Virus record (IMG/VR): IMGVR_UViG_3300049846_002026
Strand: one strand, 5' to 3'
DNA: 64,000 nucleotides
Origin: an uncultured virus (IMG/VR IMGVR_UViG_3300049846_002026)
Taxonomy: Duplodnaviria; Heunggongvirae; Uroviricota; Caudoviricetes
In this document: in pieces, positions 47,919 through 56,629 of the stretch
How the letters are laid out: each line of letters opens with the position of its first letter
Numbering within the stretch: the first letter of the stretch is position 1
Notes under the pieces: model-generated
What the model saw: the letters and a program-made list of their open reading frames with translations, nothing else
Told to the model about the DNA's origin: nothing
Databases searched by the model: none
Program-made: the position numbers and the translations under genes

Positions 47919-48977
47919 TTAGAACTCGAAGAAGTCGGGGGACTGCGGCCGCTGCGCGAACCGATCGGCAGTGGCGGGGACATTGGCCGGGAAGAACCGC
48001 TCGATCTTGCCGGGGTTATTGCCGAACACGTAGTGCGGATCCGGCCGCTCGCGCCACCAGGGGTCGGTGCTGATCGCGGGGAAGGCACTGCGCAACTGCT
48101 CAGGCGTGTAACCCGCCTCGTTGATCGCCCCGCGCCAAGCCGCGTACCGCCAGTTGGTCAGCGTGAGCTGGACTCCGAAGGCGTCGCACCAGTCGGCGTG
48201 AAGGGCGGCGATCGTGGCGTACTGCTCGTCCGCCAGCACCTCCTCCTTCGTCGCCTGCCGAAACCCGGCAGACCCCGCTGGCCGGCTCCGCTTCTTCCGC
48301 GAAGGCTTCACCAGGGGCTGGGTACCCGAGGCCTTTGCCGGCAACTTGTCCAGTTGGCCGATGGGTGCCCCGAGTTCTACATTCGAGTTCTGCACACCTG
48401 TCTTTGTAGTTTCGTTGTTACTACGTAGTACTGCAGTTTGGACTACGTTGTTAAACTGCTGTTGGACTACGTTGTTACTACGTAGTATATACAAAGCAAG
48501 TTCCGTGCCAGACTTGCAAAGTGTTACGTAGCTTGCACTTACGCCGTCTGAGCTCAAGTTCCACTTCAGGGCACTCCGAGGCACCTGAACCACCGGGGAA
48601 CCACCCCCAGATTCGTAACTCGCGGCGTCCGAACCCCCCGAAGATTCGTAACTCGCATTCTCATCCGCAGCGTTAAGGTTGAGAATGGGAAGTGTGAGTT
48701 CGTACCCCAACTGCCGGCCAGTGGTGCGGGTTACCCTGACCAAACCGGCCTCTTCCAGCCGGCGTGTGACCGTACCCAAGTACGTCGTACCGATGCCCAC
48801 ACTTTCGGCGAGCGCGGCTACCCCGCGGTACGGGATCCCGTCAGCCCAGTCCCAGCACAGCCGGGCGAACAGCAGGGCGCCCAGGGGGTCCCGCGCCAAC
48901 AGCCGATCGGCAACCCCCCGCTCGAACCCCTCGATGATGGGGTCCGGCAGCTCGTAGCGCTTAGCGAACGCCGACAC
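47919..48977 (-). CDS. Replication initiator (wHTH, lambda O/replisome organiser architecture)
   Basis: N-terminal wHTH (LAESVGIG...RRLEEAGLV), repeat-coding central linker, C-terminal DPWW..PDPHYVF domain; loader downstream. Confidence 0.8.
   Translation of the reverse strand: MSAFAKRYELPDPIIEGFERGVADRLLARDPLGALLFARLCWDWADGIPYRGVAALAESVGIGTTYLGTVTRRLEEAGLVRVTRTTGRQLGYELTLPILNLNAADENASYESSGGSDAASYESGGGSPVVQVPRSALKWNLSSDGVSASYVTLCKSGTELALYILRSNNVVQQQFNNVVQTAVLRSNNETTKTGVQNSNVELGAPIGQLDKLPAKASGTQPLVKPSRKKRSRPAGSAGFRQATKEEVLADEQYATIAALHADWCDAFGVQLTLTNWRYAAWRGAINEAGYTPEQLRSAFPAISTDPWWRERPDPHYVFGNNPGKIERFFPANVPATADRFAQRPQSPDFFEF
48405..48660. repeat. Putative replication origin repeats within initiator gene
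   Basis: AGATTCGTAACTCGC x2 (48609, 48642); CGTTGTTACTACGTAGTA x2 (48413, 48470); TTGGACTACGTTGTTA x2 (48438, 48462); locally AT-rich. Confidence 0.75.
48495..48510 (-). promoter_or_regulatory. Sigma54 -24/-12 consensus TGGCACGGAACTTGCT
   Basis: Exact match to TGGCACG-N4-TTGC(A/T). Confidence 0.6.
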
Positions 48978-49518
48978 GGAGGAAGCCCTCCAGGGCGAGT
49001 TCCAGGTAGCGTTCGAACCCGCGCTCTTCGTGCAGATCCAGCACGATGCTCCGGTAGAGGTCCTTGCTCTTGCCGATGCGCACGATGCTGCGCTCCGCCT
49101 CGAACTTCATGCTGATGATCGTCGTCGCTCCGTCGAACTGGTGGAAGAGCTCGGTCATCCACGCGTCCCCGGTCTTGCCGCGGAGGCTCGTGGGGACTTC
49201 ATGGCCGCTGACCCGCACTTCACGGATCGCCGCCAAGAGCTTCATGACGTCCTGAAGCCCGAGCTTGGCCCGTACCAGCGTGGGTTCGCCCCAGCCGAAG
49301 CTGGCGTTGCCGTCGCTGAAGCCCGTCTGGGCCGCCAACTCCAAGAACAACCCACCATTCCCCTTCATGTTCGGGCGCGAAAACCCGTCCTTCTCCTCCC
49401 AGGTCGGCTCCAGCCGCAACTGCAGCCGAAGGGCCGAACCCGTGCTCTTTTTGGTCGGCTTGTAGACCAGATAGGGCTGTGGGGTCCAGGCCGTGCCCAA
49501 AAGCTGCTGCAGACTCAT
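48961..49518 (-). CDS. Whirly-like ssDNA-binding protein (putative)
   Basis: YKP....GSAL, GLFLELAAQ, FGW, KLG..D, ELFH pattern resembling the Whirly fold; first gene of the replication operon; GAGGTGG RBS. Confidence 0.5.
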   Translation of the reverse strand: MSLQQLLGTAWTPQPYLVYKPTKKSTGSALRLQLRLEPTWEEKDGFSRPNMKGNGGLFLELAAQTGFSDGNASFGWGEPTLVRAKLGLQDVMKLLAAIREVRVSGHEVPTSLRGKTGDAWMTELFHQFDGATTIISMKFEAERSIVRIGKSKDLYRSIVLDLHEERGFERYLELALEGFLRVGVR

Positions 49519-49570
49519 GCAAACCACCTCGATTGGGGCCCCAAAGGGCCGGTTCCGGCTAGAATCCCGT

Positions 49571-49639
49571 GATTCCAGCTGCAACGGAGTGTAATGGGTG
49601 TGATTCCAAAGCGCAAGGGGGCGATTCCAAGCGATTCCA
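49571..49639 (-). promoter_or_regulatory. Sigma70-type leftward promoter overlapped by four GATTCCA repeats
   Basis: TTGCGC(49616-11)-N17-TACACT(49593-88); GATTCCA at 49571, 49602, 49623, 49633. Confidence 0.65.
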
Positions 49640-49647
49640 ACGCGTTG

Positions 49648-49674
49648 CTAAGTGATTTGATAGCAATAACTTAG
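49648..49674. promoter_or_regulatory. Imperfect palindrome CTAAGT-N15-ACTTAG, candidate IHF-family site
   Basis: Contains TAGCAA-TAAC-TTA, one mismatch to WATCAAnnnnTTR; related copy at 58457. Confidence 0.45.
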
Positions 49675-49836
49675 GGGTGTATGGGGTGCAAAATGGGGCC
49701 CGTTTTCGGAGGGAGTTACCTATCTACGGGGACATCATCCACGCATTTCCGTTCGGATGCCCCCCTCTCAGCGTTCTCCCCACAGATGCGGGTGGACGCT
49801 TACCTCAAGGTCCAGAAACCTGGACAAGGAGCCACC

Positions 49837-50034
49837 ATGCAGACCACCCTGAAGCGCTGCTCCACCTGCACGACCGATGCGGACACGATCCGCAAGGAGG
49901 AAGCATTCCAGCAGCTCATCCTCACCTGGGGGCTGAGCCAGAGCAAGGTCGAGACGCTGACCGAGCAGTCGCGTCTCAAGATCAAGCGCGTCCTCGCGCG
50001 CATCGTGCACTGCTCTGACATCAACTGCCACTAA
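49837..50034 (+). CDS. Hypothetical early protein
   Basis: AAGGAG RBS, first rightward gene. Confidence 0.65.
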   Translation: MQTTLKRCSTCTTDADTIRKEEAFQQLILTWGLSQSKVETLTEQSRLKIKRVLARIVHCSDINCH

Positions 50035-50036
50035 CC

Positions 50037-50192
50037 ATGCGCCCTTCACTGTGGTTCCTGCTGGGCCTAGCACTCGACGTGCTGGGGCTGGACCTGTACA
50101 TCTTCCACGGGGATGTGCAGTCGCTGTACATGTTGTGTCCCACCGTCATCCTCTCCCTGGGGATGGCGCTCATCACGGCCAACCGGAGGTAA
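50037..50192 (+). CDS. 51-aa membrane protein (not in track)
   Basis: MRPSLWFLLGLALDVLG..., two hydrophobic stretches. Confidence 0.55.
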   Translation: MRPSLWFLLGLALDVLGLDLYIFHGDVQSLYMLCPTVILSLGMALITANRR

Positions 50193-50196
50193 CACC

Positions 50197-50403
50197 ATGT
50201 TCGCTCTCGTTCTGCTGGGCCTCATCCTCGTCGTCCTCTTCGCCACGCTCGACCACATGGCGCGGAAGGCGGAACGCGCTGCCACCACGTTGGAGCAGCG
50301 TGTGCAGTCCACGCAGCCCTACGTCAATCTCCTCGTCCTCACCACTGGTGCGATCATGGTGTGGATGTGGCTCATCTTCCACGCACTCTTCGGAGGGAAG
50401 TAA
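50197..50403 (+). CDS. Small two-TM membrane protein
   Basis: GGAGGT RBS. Confidence 0.65.
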   Translation: MFALVLLGLILVVLFATLDHMARKAERAATTLEQRVQSTQPYVNLLVLTTGAIMVWMWLIFHALFGGK

Positions 50404-50404
50404 C

Positions 50405-50692
50405 ATGACGGCGCATGCGCTCGTCCAGCGGGAGAGCAACTCGGACTTCCCCGAACCCGAGCTGCTGATGTGCACACGCTGTGGCAAGGTCGTGGACGTC
50501 GATGCTGACCTGCCTGCTACTGCGGCAGAGGCGTTGGCGGACTACGGCCCCTGCACAGGGGAGCAGATGATCCTGAAGCTCAACGATGTGGGCGACTGCC
50601 CGTCCTGCCATGGAGTAGCCACCATGGAGGAACTCTTCCATCTTGGGGAGTGCATGCAATGCTTCCTTCGGGGAGTGGGAGCGATCGAATGA
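50405..50692 (+). CDS. Cys-rich Zn-binding protein
   Basis: CTRC, CPSC, CMQC. Confidence 0.65.
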   Translation: MTAHALVQRESNSDFPEPELLMCTRCGKVVDVDADLPATAAEALADYGPCTGEQMILKLNDVGDCPSCHGVATMEELFHLGECMQCFLRGVGAIE

Positions 50693-50826
50693 CCCAGCAG
50701 CAGCAGCAGTACCTCACGAGCGAGCTTGAAGCGCTCACCCAGTGGCTACAACAGCCACTCAACCCCCAACTCAAGGAGATCGTCGAGCAGAAACTCGCGA
50801 AGGTCAAGAAGGCGCTGCAGAAGTAG
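50689..50826 (+). CDS. 45-aa helical protein (not in track)
   Basis: MTQQQQQYLTSELEAL..., ATGA overlap. Confidence 0.55.
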   Translation: MTQQQQQYLTSELEALTQWLQQPLNPQLKEIVEQKLAKVKKALQK

Positions 50827-50862
50827 CACTGCAGGACCGGCTCAGGCAATCCCGCCTGGGCC
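50824..50862 (+). repeat. 39-nt hairpin repeat, copy 1
   Basis: 35/39 identical to 51206..51244. Confidence 0.85.
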
Positions 50863-50884
50863 GTACTCTTTGGAGGATGTCCAG

Positions 50885-51208
50885 ATGATGAGCACTTGCA
50901 TTGTGTGTCACGCACCAACCGACATGTCCTTGAGCGATGTCGTCAGCGCCGAAGTGCGCAACGCGAACAAGTACATCCCACTCGTGGGCTCCTGTGGGGA
51001 CAGGGAGTGCATCAAGGCAGCACTCCGCAAGCTCGACATGCGCGACCCCATCACCACGGGTACGAAGGTACTCGTCACTGGGGGTCTGCACAAGGGCCTC
51101 AAGGGCACGCTCTACAGCGTGAACACGCTGGGTGTGACCTTCGTGCGCCCTGACCCTGCAGATGGCACGCTGAAGGCGGTCAAGACCACGGACGTGGTGC
51201 GCCGCTAG
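50885..51208 (+). CDS. Zn-finger plus KOW-like protein
   Basis: CIVC...CGDREC and GTKVLVTGGLHKGLKGTL. Confidence 0.6.
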   Translation: MMSTCIVCHAPTDMSLSDVVSAEVRNANKYIPLVGSCGDRECIKAALRKLDMRDPITTGTKVLVTGGLHKGLKGTLYSVNTLGVTFVRPDPADGTLKAVKTTDVVRR

Positions 51209-51244
51209 CACAGCAGTACTGGCCCAGGCAATCCCGCCTGGGCC
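51206..51244 (+). repeat. 39-nt hairpin repeat, copy 2
   Basis: GGCCCAGGC-AATCCC-GCCTGGGCC stem-loop. Confidence 0.85.
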
Positions 51245-51272
51245 AGCCCTTTACGTGAAAGGAGATCGAACA

Positions 51273-51506
51273 ATGACGTACGGTTTCATGCTGGTTGGGG
51301 TTGGCTTGGTGGCCCTGCTGCTGACCGTCGAGCAGCTCGCACGGTTCATCATGCGAGACTACACCAAGAGCGTGTACACTGGCACCAAGGGCCAGATCCG
51401 CACGCAGAGCAGGCGCAGCATGGTGGTGTTCGTGCTGAATCTCCTGATCATGGGAGCGCTGGTGTGGTGGTCGCTGCAGTTCCTCACCTTCACCGGAGTG
51501 ATCTAA
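51273..51506 (+). CDS. Two-TM membrane protein
   Basis: AAGGAG RBS. Confidence 0.65.
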   Translation: MTYGFMLVGVGLVALLLTVEQLARFIMRDYTKSVYTGTKGQIRTQSRRSMVVFVLNLLIMGALVWWSLQFLTFTGVI

Positions 51507-51508
51507 CC

Positions 51509-51838
51509 ATGCTGTACACTGACGAGTTCACCCCGAAGAGCCTGCTCCTCCACCTGGACACGGTGGCCAGGTTCGTGGAACTGGAGCTGGTGACGCCTGA
51601 GATCCCCATGCACGAACAGTGGGAGGCGATCAAGGCAGGGTTCGACATGCTCGAACTCATCACCCTGCAGTCGAACGTGAAGGCGCTGCTGGCTGCGCTG
51701 TTCAAGCACGAGAAGTACTTCAATGCCAGGTTCGGTTCCGAGGCGTTCAACTGGGTCGTCACGGACCTGGTGCGGGCCCAGCATCTCATCGAAGAGACGC
51801 TGGAAGTGACCAACCACTTCTCCATGGGGCTGCCATGA
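51509..51838 (+). CDS. Hypothetical protein
   Basis: Packed ORF, good codon bias. Confidence 0.65.
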   Translation: MLYTDEFTPKSLLLHLDTVARFVELELVTPEIPMHEQWEAIKAGFDMLELITLQSNVKALLAALFKHEKYFNARFGSEAFNWVVTDLVRAQHLIEETLEVTNHFSMGLP

Positions 51839-52020
51839 CCACGCACGAGTGGGAACGAGCGACACCTGAACAGAAGGACGAACAGCTGTGGCCGCTGTTC
51901 GCGCGGTTGGCTTGGCCGGAGCTGGAGCAGTTCCGGTGCTTCAGCCTCATGCTAACTCCGGCATGGGGTCCTCAGAGTGTGCAGGACATCGTCCTGCGCC
52001 GTACCTACACGGTGGAGTAG
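51835..52020 (+). CDS. Hypothetical protein
   Basis: ATGA overlap. Confidence 0.55.
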   Translation: MTTHEWERATPEQKDEQLWPLFARLAWPELEQFRCFSLMLTPAWGPQSVQDIVLRRTYTVE

Positions 52021-52099
52021 TCCATGAGCCAGAGCGAGCTGGACCTCATCCTCGAAGCACAACGCTTCGCGGCCCCCGAAGTCAACCAGGAGGAAGACG

Positions 52100-52342
52100 A
52101 TGTTCACGCGTAACGTCTACACCCGAGCCCTGACCCTGGGCAAGTTCCGGCTGCTGATCACGCTCATCGTGTACAGCTATCCGGCCAGGTTCCAGTTCAA
52201 GCTCAGACCGTATGGCCAGCTGTGGGGCATCATGCTCTGCTACGGCAAGCTGACCTACGAGCTCCAGCTGGTCAGCAAGAACCATCCGGTCCCGCCGCCC
52301 CTGCAGGAGCAGGTCGCGGAGTTCACCCTCAACGCGTGGTAA
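52100..52342 (+). CDS. Hypothetical protein
   Basis: AGGAGG RBS. Confidence 0.6.
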   Translation: MFTRNVYTRALTLGKFRLLITLIVYSYPARFQFKLRPYGQLWGIMLCYGKLTYELQLVSKNHPVPPPLQEQVAEFTLNAW

Positions 52343-52351
52343 GGAGGCAGC

Positions 52352-52552
52352 ATGCACGTGTACGGCTTGAAGGTCGGTGTGAGGATCCCGTCCACCGCTC
52401 TCGCTCGCAAGGGCGATGGTCTCGGCTGCCGGAAGCATGTGTACTGCCGGCACAACCTCAAGCACTACAAGAAGACCGAGCACTGGCGCACGACGGCTTG
52501 GAAGTGCAAGCGTCGGGCCTGTCGCCAGCACCACCCGAGGAACGTCGCATGA
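52352..52552 (+). CDS. Small basic His/Cys-rich protein
   Basis: AAGGAGG RBS. Confidence 0.6.
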   Translation: MHVYGLKVGVRIPSTALARKGDGLGCRKHVYCRHNLKHYKKTEHWRTTAWKCKRRACRQHHPRNVA

Positions 52553-52671
52553 ACTGGGTGCGTGGGGTGGTTGACCTCGTGTGGTTGGCCCTCGTTGCCG
52601 CATCCATTGCGGCCATAGTGCACGGGGATGGCGATTCGCGCTGGAACTAAGCAGGTCGGCAGGTTGCTGTA

Positions 52672-52703
52672 CCCCTGGTGCAACAGTGCACCAGGGGCCT
52701 TTT
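52672..52703 (+). terminator. Intrinsic terminator
   Basis: CCCCTGGTGCA-ACAG-TGCACCAGGGG then CCTTTT. Confidence 0.7.
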
Positions 52704-52722
52704 CGAATGAGGGTTCATCGGT

Positions 52723-54189
52723 ATGACGATGGAGAACTTCACCAAGAACATCACGGCTGAGTACATCCTGGAGGCAGAGCCCTTCCGGATGATCCTTCGG
52801 CCGGCTGATCCGAAGAAGTACGTCGATATCGACGACGATCTTCGGGTGCGGCGTCTTCCGCGGTTGACTCCGCTGGAGATTGATTACGCACGGCCCCTGA
52901 GCTGGATCAGCGCAGGGCATCACAAGAGCGGCCGGGAGCGGCATCTGCCCGCGCTCAATCACACGGTGCATCAGTACCTCATCGCCCAGGAGGGGAAGGT
53001 GCCGACTGCGTGGTGTGGGCCGGATGACAGCCGCAGACTCTGTGAGCTGCTGGGTCCAGGGTTCCCGAAGCGGTGGAAGGTGGCCATGCGCTACGCGTTC
53101 GAACAGCCCATGCACGAGATGCTGGGTAGCCGCGTGGTGCGCAACACCTGCCTCCACTGGCCCCGTGGTGTGATGGACTATGACTCGCTCATGTTCCTGG
53201 TCAAGCATCGCACCAAGCTGCAGCAGATCGTGCAGGACGGCTACGGGCACTTCATCCCACTGATCCAGCAGTACTGGGTCTGGGCACTGGCCGAAGACCA
53301 GCCACTCCAAGCGATCCGCGCCACCCTGGGCAAGGGCGTGTGGAAGACGCTCTGTGCCCAGCGGCCTTCTCGTGTGGTGCAGTTGGCGCGAGTGGCCCAA
53401 CAGGGGTGGCACCCGAACGCCTACGTCCACTACCGCGCACGCCAGGACACCCAGGCGCAGGCCCAGTGGATCAGAGACATCCTGGCACCGGCGCTGCACC
53501 TGCCGACCACCCTGCTGCTGAACAAGAACATCTCGGCACTCCGGGCGGCGGAGGTGGGCTACCTGGCCAATCTCGCCAGGCGCAAGCCATGGCCGTACGC
53601 CGCGGATGGCGTGAAGTACATCCGCACCGCCCAGCTGTGGGAATACCTGCACCGTGAGCTTGGTGCTGCGGTGGGTATGGACTGGAGCCCGCGGCGCGTG
53701 GAGGAAGAGCATCGGGTGCTGGTGGAACGGCGCCACGCAGAGCATATGCGCCGGATGCTGGAGCGCAAGGCTCTGGTCGGCAAGCCGTTCAACCCGCCCA
53801 GCTGGGTGCCACTGGGACTCACGCATCGCGACAGTCGGCTCACGGCACGGCTGCTGACCAGCGCGGAGGCCTATGTCGAGCAGGGCCAGAACCAAGGCCA
53901 CTGCGTTGGCAGCTACGCGGAAGGTGGTGCGATGAACAAGTACTTCGTGTACTCGATCGAAGAAGCAGACACCCCAGAGGACAACAGGCTGGGTGCGATC
54001 TGCAGCACGGTGATGTACAACGAGAACGGCGGCATGGTCCAACACTACGGCAAGTACAACGCCATCGTGACGGACCCTGCTGTGATCGCGCTGTTCAACG
54101 AGCTCAGCACAATGATGAAGAAGCAGGCACCCCAGCGCGAGCTGGCCACCGCCGGATGGAATCCGGCAGATGACGACGAAGCATTCTAA
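52723..54189 (+). CDS. PcfJ-like domain protein
   Basis: LTSAEAYVEQGQNQGHCVGSY and QHYGKYN motifs. Confidence 0.75.
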   Translation: MTMENFTKNITAEYILEAEPFRMILRPADPKKYVDIDDDLRVRRLPRLTPLEIDYARPLSWISAGHHKSGRERHLPALNHTVHQYLIAQEGKVPTAWCGPDDSRRLCELLGPGFPKRWKVAMRYAFEQPMHEMLGSRVVRNTCLHWPRGVMDYDSLMFLVKHRTKLQQIVQDGYGHFIPLIQQYWVWALAEDQPLQAIRATLGKGVWKTLCAQRPSRVVQLARVAQQGWHPNAYVHYRARQDTQAQAQWIRDILAPALHLPTTLLLNKNISALRAAEVGYLANLARRKPWPYAADGVKYIRTAQLWEYLHRELGAAVGMDWSPRRVEEEHRVLVERRHAEHMRRMLERKALVGKPFNPPSWVPLGLTHRDSRLTARLLTSAEAYVEQGQNQGHCVGSYAEGGAMNKYFVYSIEEADTPEDNRLGAICSTVMYNENGGMVQHYGKYNAIVTDPAVIALFNELSTMMKKQAPQRELATAGWNPADDDEAF

Positions 54190-54197
54190 CCTGGAGG

Positions 54198-54482
54198 ATG
54201 ACCACTATGAAGATCCCGATCCAGCAGTACAACCGCACGGTGCTCTTGGCTGAGCAGGTGCGGGTAGGTCTCGTTGGGCCGACCCAGCGAGTGAAGGCTC
54301 TCCCGCCTGAGCGCAAGGCCAAGCTGGAGCAGCACTTCCAGGAACTCCTCATGAGCGAGGACTTCCGCATCAACGACGAGGGCTTGGCCAAGCTCCGTCG
54401 CACCCAGGGTGAGCTCAAGCTCAACTACCTGCGCGCAGTCACCCTGCTGCGCGAAACCATCCACCTGGAGGATGCACGCTGA
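54198..54482 (+). CDS. Hypothetical protein
   Basis: GGAGG RBS, coupled to next gene. Confidence 0.65.
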   Translation: MTTMKIPIQQYNRTVLLAEQVRVGLVGPTQRVKALPPERKAKLEQHFQELLMSEDFRINDEGLAKLRRTQGELKLNYLRAVTLLRETIHLEDAR

Positions 54483-55606
54483 TGTATCCCACCACGCACC
54501 TGGAGGCTGACAGCCTCCGCAAAAAGCAGGGGTTCGCCGAACCCTTTGTGCGGCCGCCGATGACGGTCGCTGAACCTTCCACCATGGAGGTGCCTGTGAA
54601 GGTGAAGGAGAAGGCCCTGGACCTGCTGCGCGACTGGATCGTGCGCAGCTACGACGGAGACCAGCCGGATCTGGTCATCGGGTGCTCCGACCCGGAAGAG
54701 CGGGAGGAGTTCGAGCAGCGGGTGCGGCACGACATGGCCCGCGAGCTCCAGCGACTGCGCCGGCCGGTCAAGCGCATCGTCACTCGGGAAGACGGCATCG
54801 ACGTGAGCTACATGACGTCGGCTGGGGTGCTGGAACTCAGGCGCCTGATCAACCACAGCGCATGCCGTCGCACGATGCTGTGCCTGAAGTGCTGCCGCAA
54901 GGCAGACGAGGAGCGGAAGGACCGGCCGCTGGCCTGCCGGTGTCCCTCCAAGCTCCAGCGGTGGGTGTGGAAGCTGCTCCGCCAGGTCGAGCGGGTGCCC
55001 AAGACCCACCCCTGGACGATCGTGTACATGGTGCTGATCCTCCGCGATGTGGTGCAGCACTGGCACGACAACCGGCTGGGATTGGAGGATCCCAAGGCCA
55101 AGCGTGCCAAGACCGCGATGGATCGCGACACGGAGACCATCGAGGAGTACGACGACGAGGACAACATCATCGGACGCCACCAGGTTGAGCCCAACGATGG
55201 GACCAGCCGCCTGGCGATCGACCTCCGTGGCTGGGACCGTCCCAGCAGCCTCGGGCGCAGGACCCAGCGCCTGGCCTTCTGCCCTGAGTGCATGCACCGC
55301 GACGACCCGTGGTTCCTGGTCGCTCGCACGCTGCCTCACGGGAAGGCGACCTGCACCAAGCTGATCGATGGCACGGTGTGTGGCACGACGGAAGTGCCGC
55401 CTCCGCCCAGGTCTGGCAAGGTGCCTACCTACATCGTGCGCCGGACGCATCGGGTGCACGGGGAGATGATGACGATCGAGCACAAGTTCGTGCGGGTGCG
55501 TGGGCGCTGGTACTGGGACCGTACCAACGAGCGGACGCACTGCATGCTCAACAACCAGCTGGAACGGAAGTGGCTGGCCACCCTGAAGCGCCACCGCAGC
55601 GCCTAA
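54482..55606 (+). CDS. Basic Cys-rich hypothetical protein
   Basis: 374 aa, CLKCC, CRC, CPEC clusters. Confidence 0.7.
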   Translation: MYPTTHLEADSLRKKQGFAEPFVRPPMTVAEPSTMEVPVKVKEKALDLLRDWIVRSYDGDQPDLVIGCSDPEEREEFEQRVRHDMARELQRLRRPVKRIVTREDGIDVSYMTSAGVLELRRLINHSACRRTMLCLKCCRKADEERKDRPLACRCPSKLQRWVWKLLRQVERVPKTHPWTIVYMVLILRDVVQHWHDNRLGLEDPKAKRAKTAMDRDTETIEEYDDEDNIIGRHQVEPNDGTSRLAIDLRGWDRPSSLGRRTQRLAFCPECMHRDDPWFLVARTLPHGKATCTKLIDGTVCGTTEVPPPPRSGKVPTYIVRRTHRVHGEMMTIEHKFVRVRGRWYWDRTNERTHCMLNNQLERKWLATLKRHRSA

Positions 55607-55622
55607 CCCAAGGAGGGTACCA

Positions 55623-55967
55623 ATGAACGTGCGGATCATCACCCCAGAGGAGTACCAGGCGCTCCTCAACACCGCCACGGTGTACCGTGACCCGGTGAAG
55701 CGAGCCAAGCTCGCAGCCAAGCCGATCGAGGTGCTGCAGAAGTACCTCGCCACCCTCGACGCCTACGAGAAGCAGGGCGACGAGGTGCTCGTGTTCGACC
55801 TCACGCCGGAAGCCAAGGCTCAGATCATCGAGCGGCTGCGGCCTGAGGATCGGGCCAACCCGGAGGCCATCCAGCGGTTCGCTGGCAGCTGGTACTTCGC
55901 TGCCATGCGCGATCTCAAGGTGGCCATCTACAGTGAGGTCTGTGCCAAGCAGCCCGTCCTGTTCTAG
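55623..55967 (+). CDS. Hypothetical protein
   Basis: AAGGAGG RBS. Confidence 0.7.
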   Translation: MNVRIITPEEYQALLNTATVYRDPVKRAKLAAKPIEVLQKYLATLDAYEKQGDEVLVFDLTPEAKAQIIERLRPEDRANPEAIQRFAGSWYFAAMRDLKVAIYSEVCAKQPVLF

Positions 55968-56124
55968 GCTGATCATGCCAGGCCCAGTGTCCAGTGGCCA
56001 GCACCAGATCCACCATCAGGCCCAGTAGGCCAGCAGCCCAGTGTCCACTCGCCACCATCAGGCCCCGAACCAGCACAGTTCGAGCGCTATTCGAGGTTAG
56101 GTGCGGCGGGATGGATGCAAGGCC

Positions 56125-56177
56125 CCGCTGTAGTGAAGTGCGGCGCCGTAGGGCGCCGCCGCACTTCACTACAGCGG
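56125..56177. repeat. 21-bp perfect inverted repeat
   Basis: CCGCTGTAGTGAAGTGCGGCG-N11-CGCCGCACTTCACTACAGCGG, intergenic. Confidence 0.9.
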
Positions 56178-56211
56178 CGCCTCACCCCATACCTGGTGAA
56201 GGAGGAAGCCG

Positions 56212-56376
56212 ATGCTGAGCAACATGCGTCCCGAGGCCCTGGAGAAGCTCCTGGCCTCACCCACTCTCCACCATGTCGCGCTCAACGAGCAGGTCCGGCG
56301 CGACGCAGCCCAGGCCCAGGCCCAGGCCCATCCGCCCCAGGATGCGCCCAAGGCTCAGGAGGAGCAGGTCCAGTGA
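56212..56376 (+). CDS. 54-aa hypothetical protein (not in track)
   Basis: AAGGAGG RBS; MLSNMRPEALEKLL... Confidence 0.6.
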   Translation: MLSNMRPEALEKLLASPTLHHVALNEQVRRDAAQAQAQAHPPQDAPKAQEEQVQ

Positions 56377-56558
56377 ACCACTACCCCCAGTGGGTCCGTG
56401 CCCTCCTGCTCGCGGGCATGCCCATGGAGCTCGTGCAGCTCCAGAGCAAGCATTCCCGGCAACGGCAGGTGATCCCGCCCGGCAAGCGCAAGCAGGTGCT
56501 CCAGGCCCGCCACAAGCGTGGGCGCAAGGTCACGGTGTACGAGTTCGGTTCGCGGTAG
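56373..56558 (+). CDS. Small basic protein
   Basis: GTGA overlap, AGGAG upstream. Confidence 0.55.
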   Translation: MNHYPQWVRALLLAGMPMELVQLQSKHSRQRQVIPPGKRKQVLQARHKRGRKVTVYEFGSR

Positions 56559-56584
56559 CAGGTTGGCGCGTAATGCATCGCCCA

Positions 56585-56629
56585 GCGGCAACCGCCGCCG
56601 CCCGATGGGCGAGCGGCGGCGGTTGCCGC
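56585..56629. repeat. 17-bp perfect inverted repeat
   Basis: GCGGCAACCGCCGCCGC-N11-GCGGCGGCGGTTGCCGC. Confidence 0.9.
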
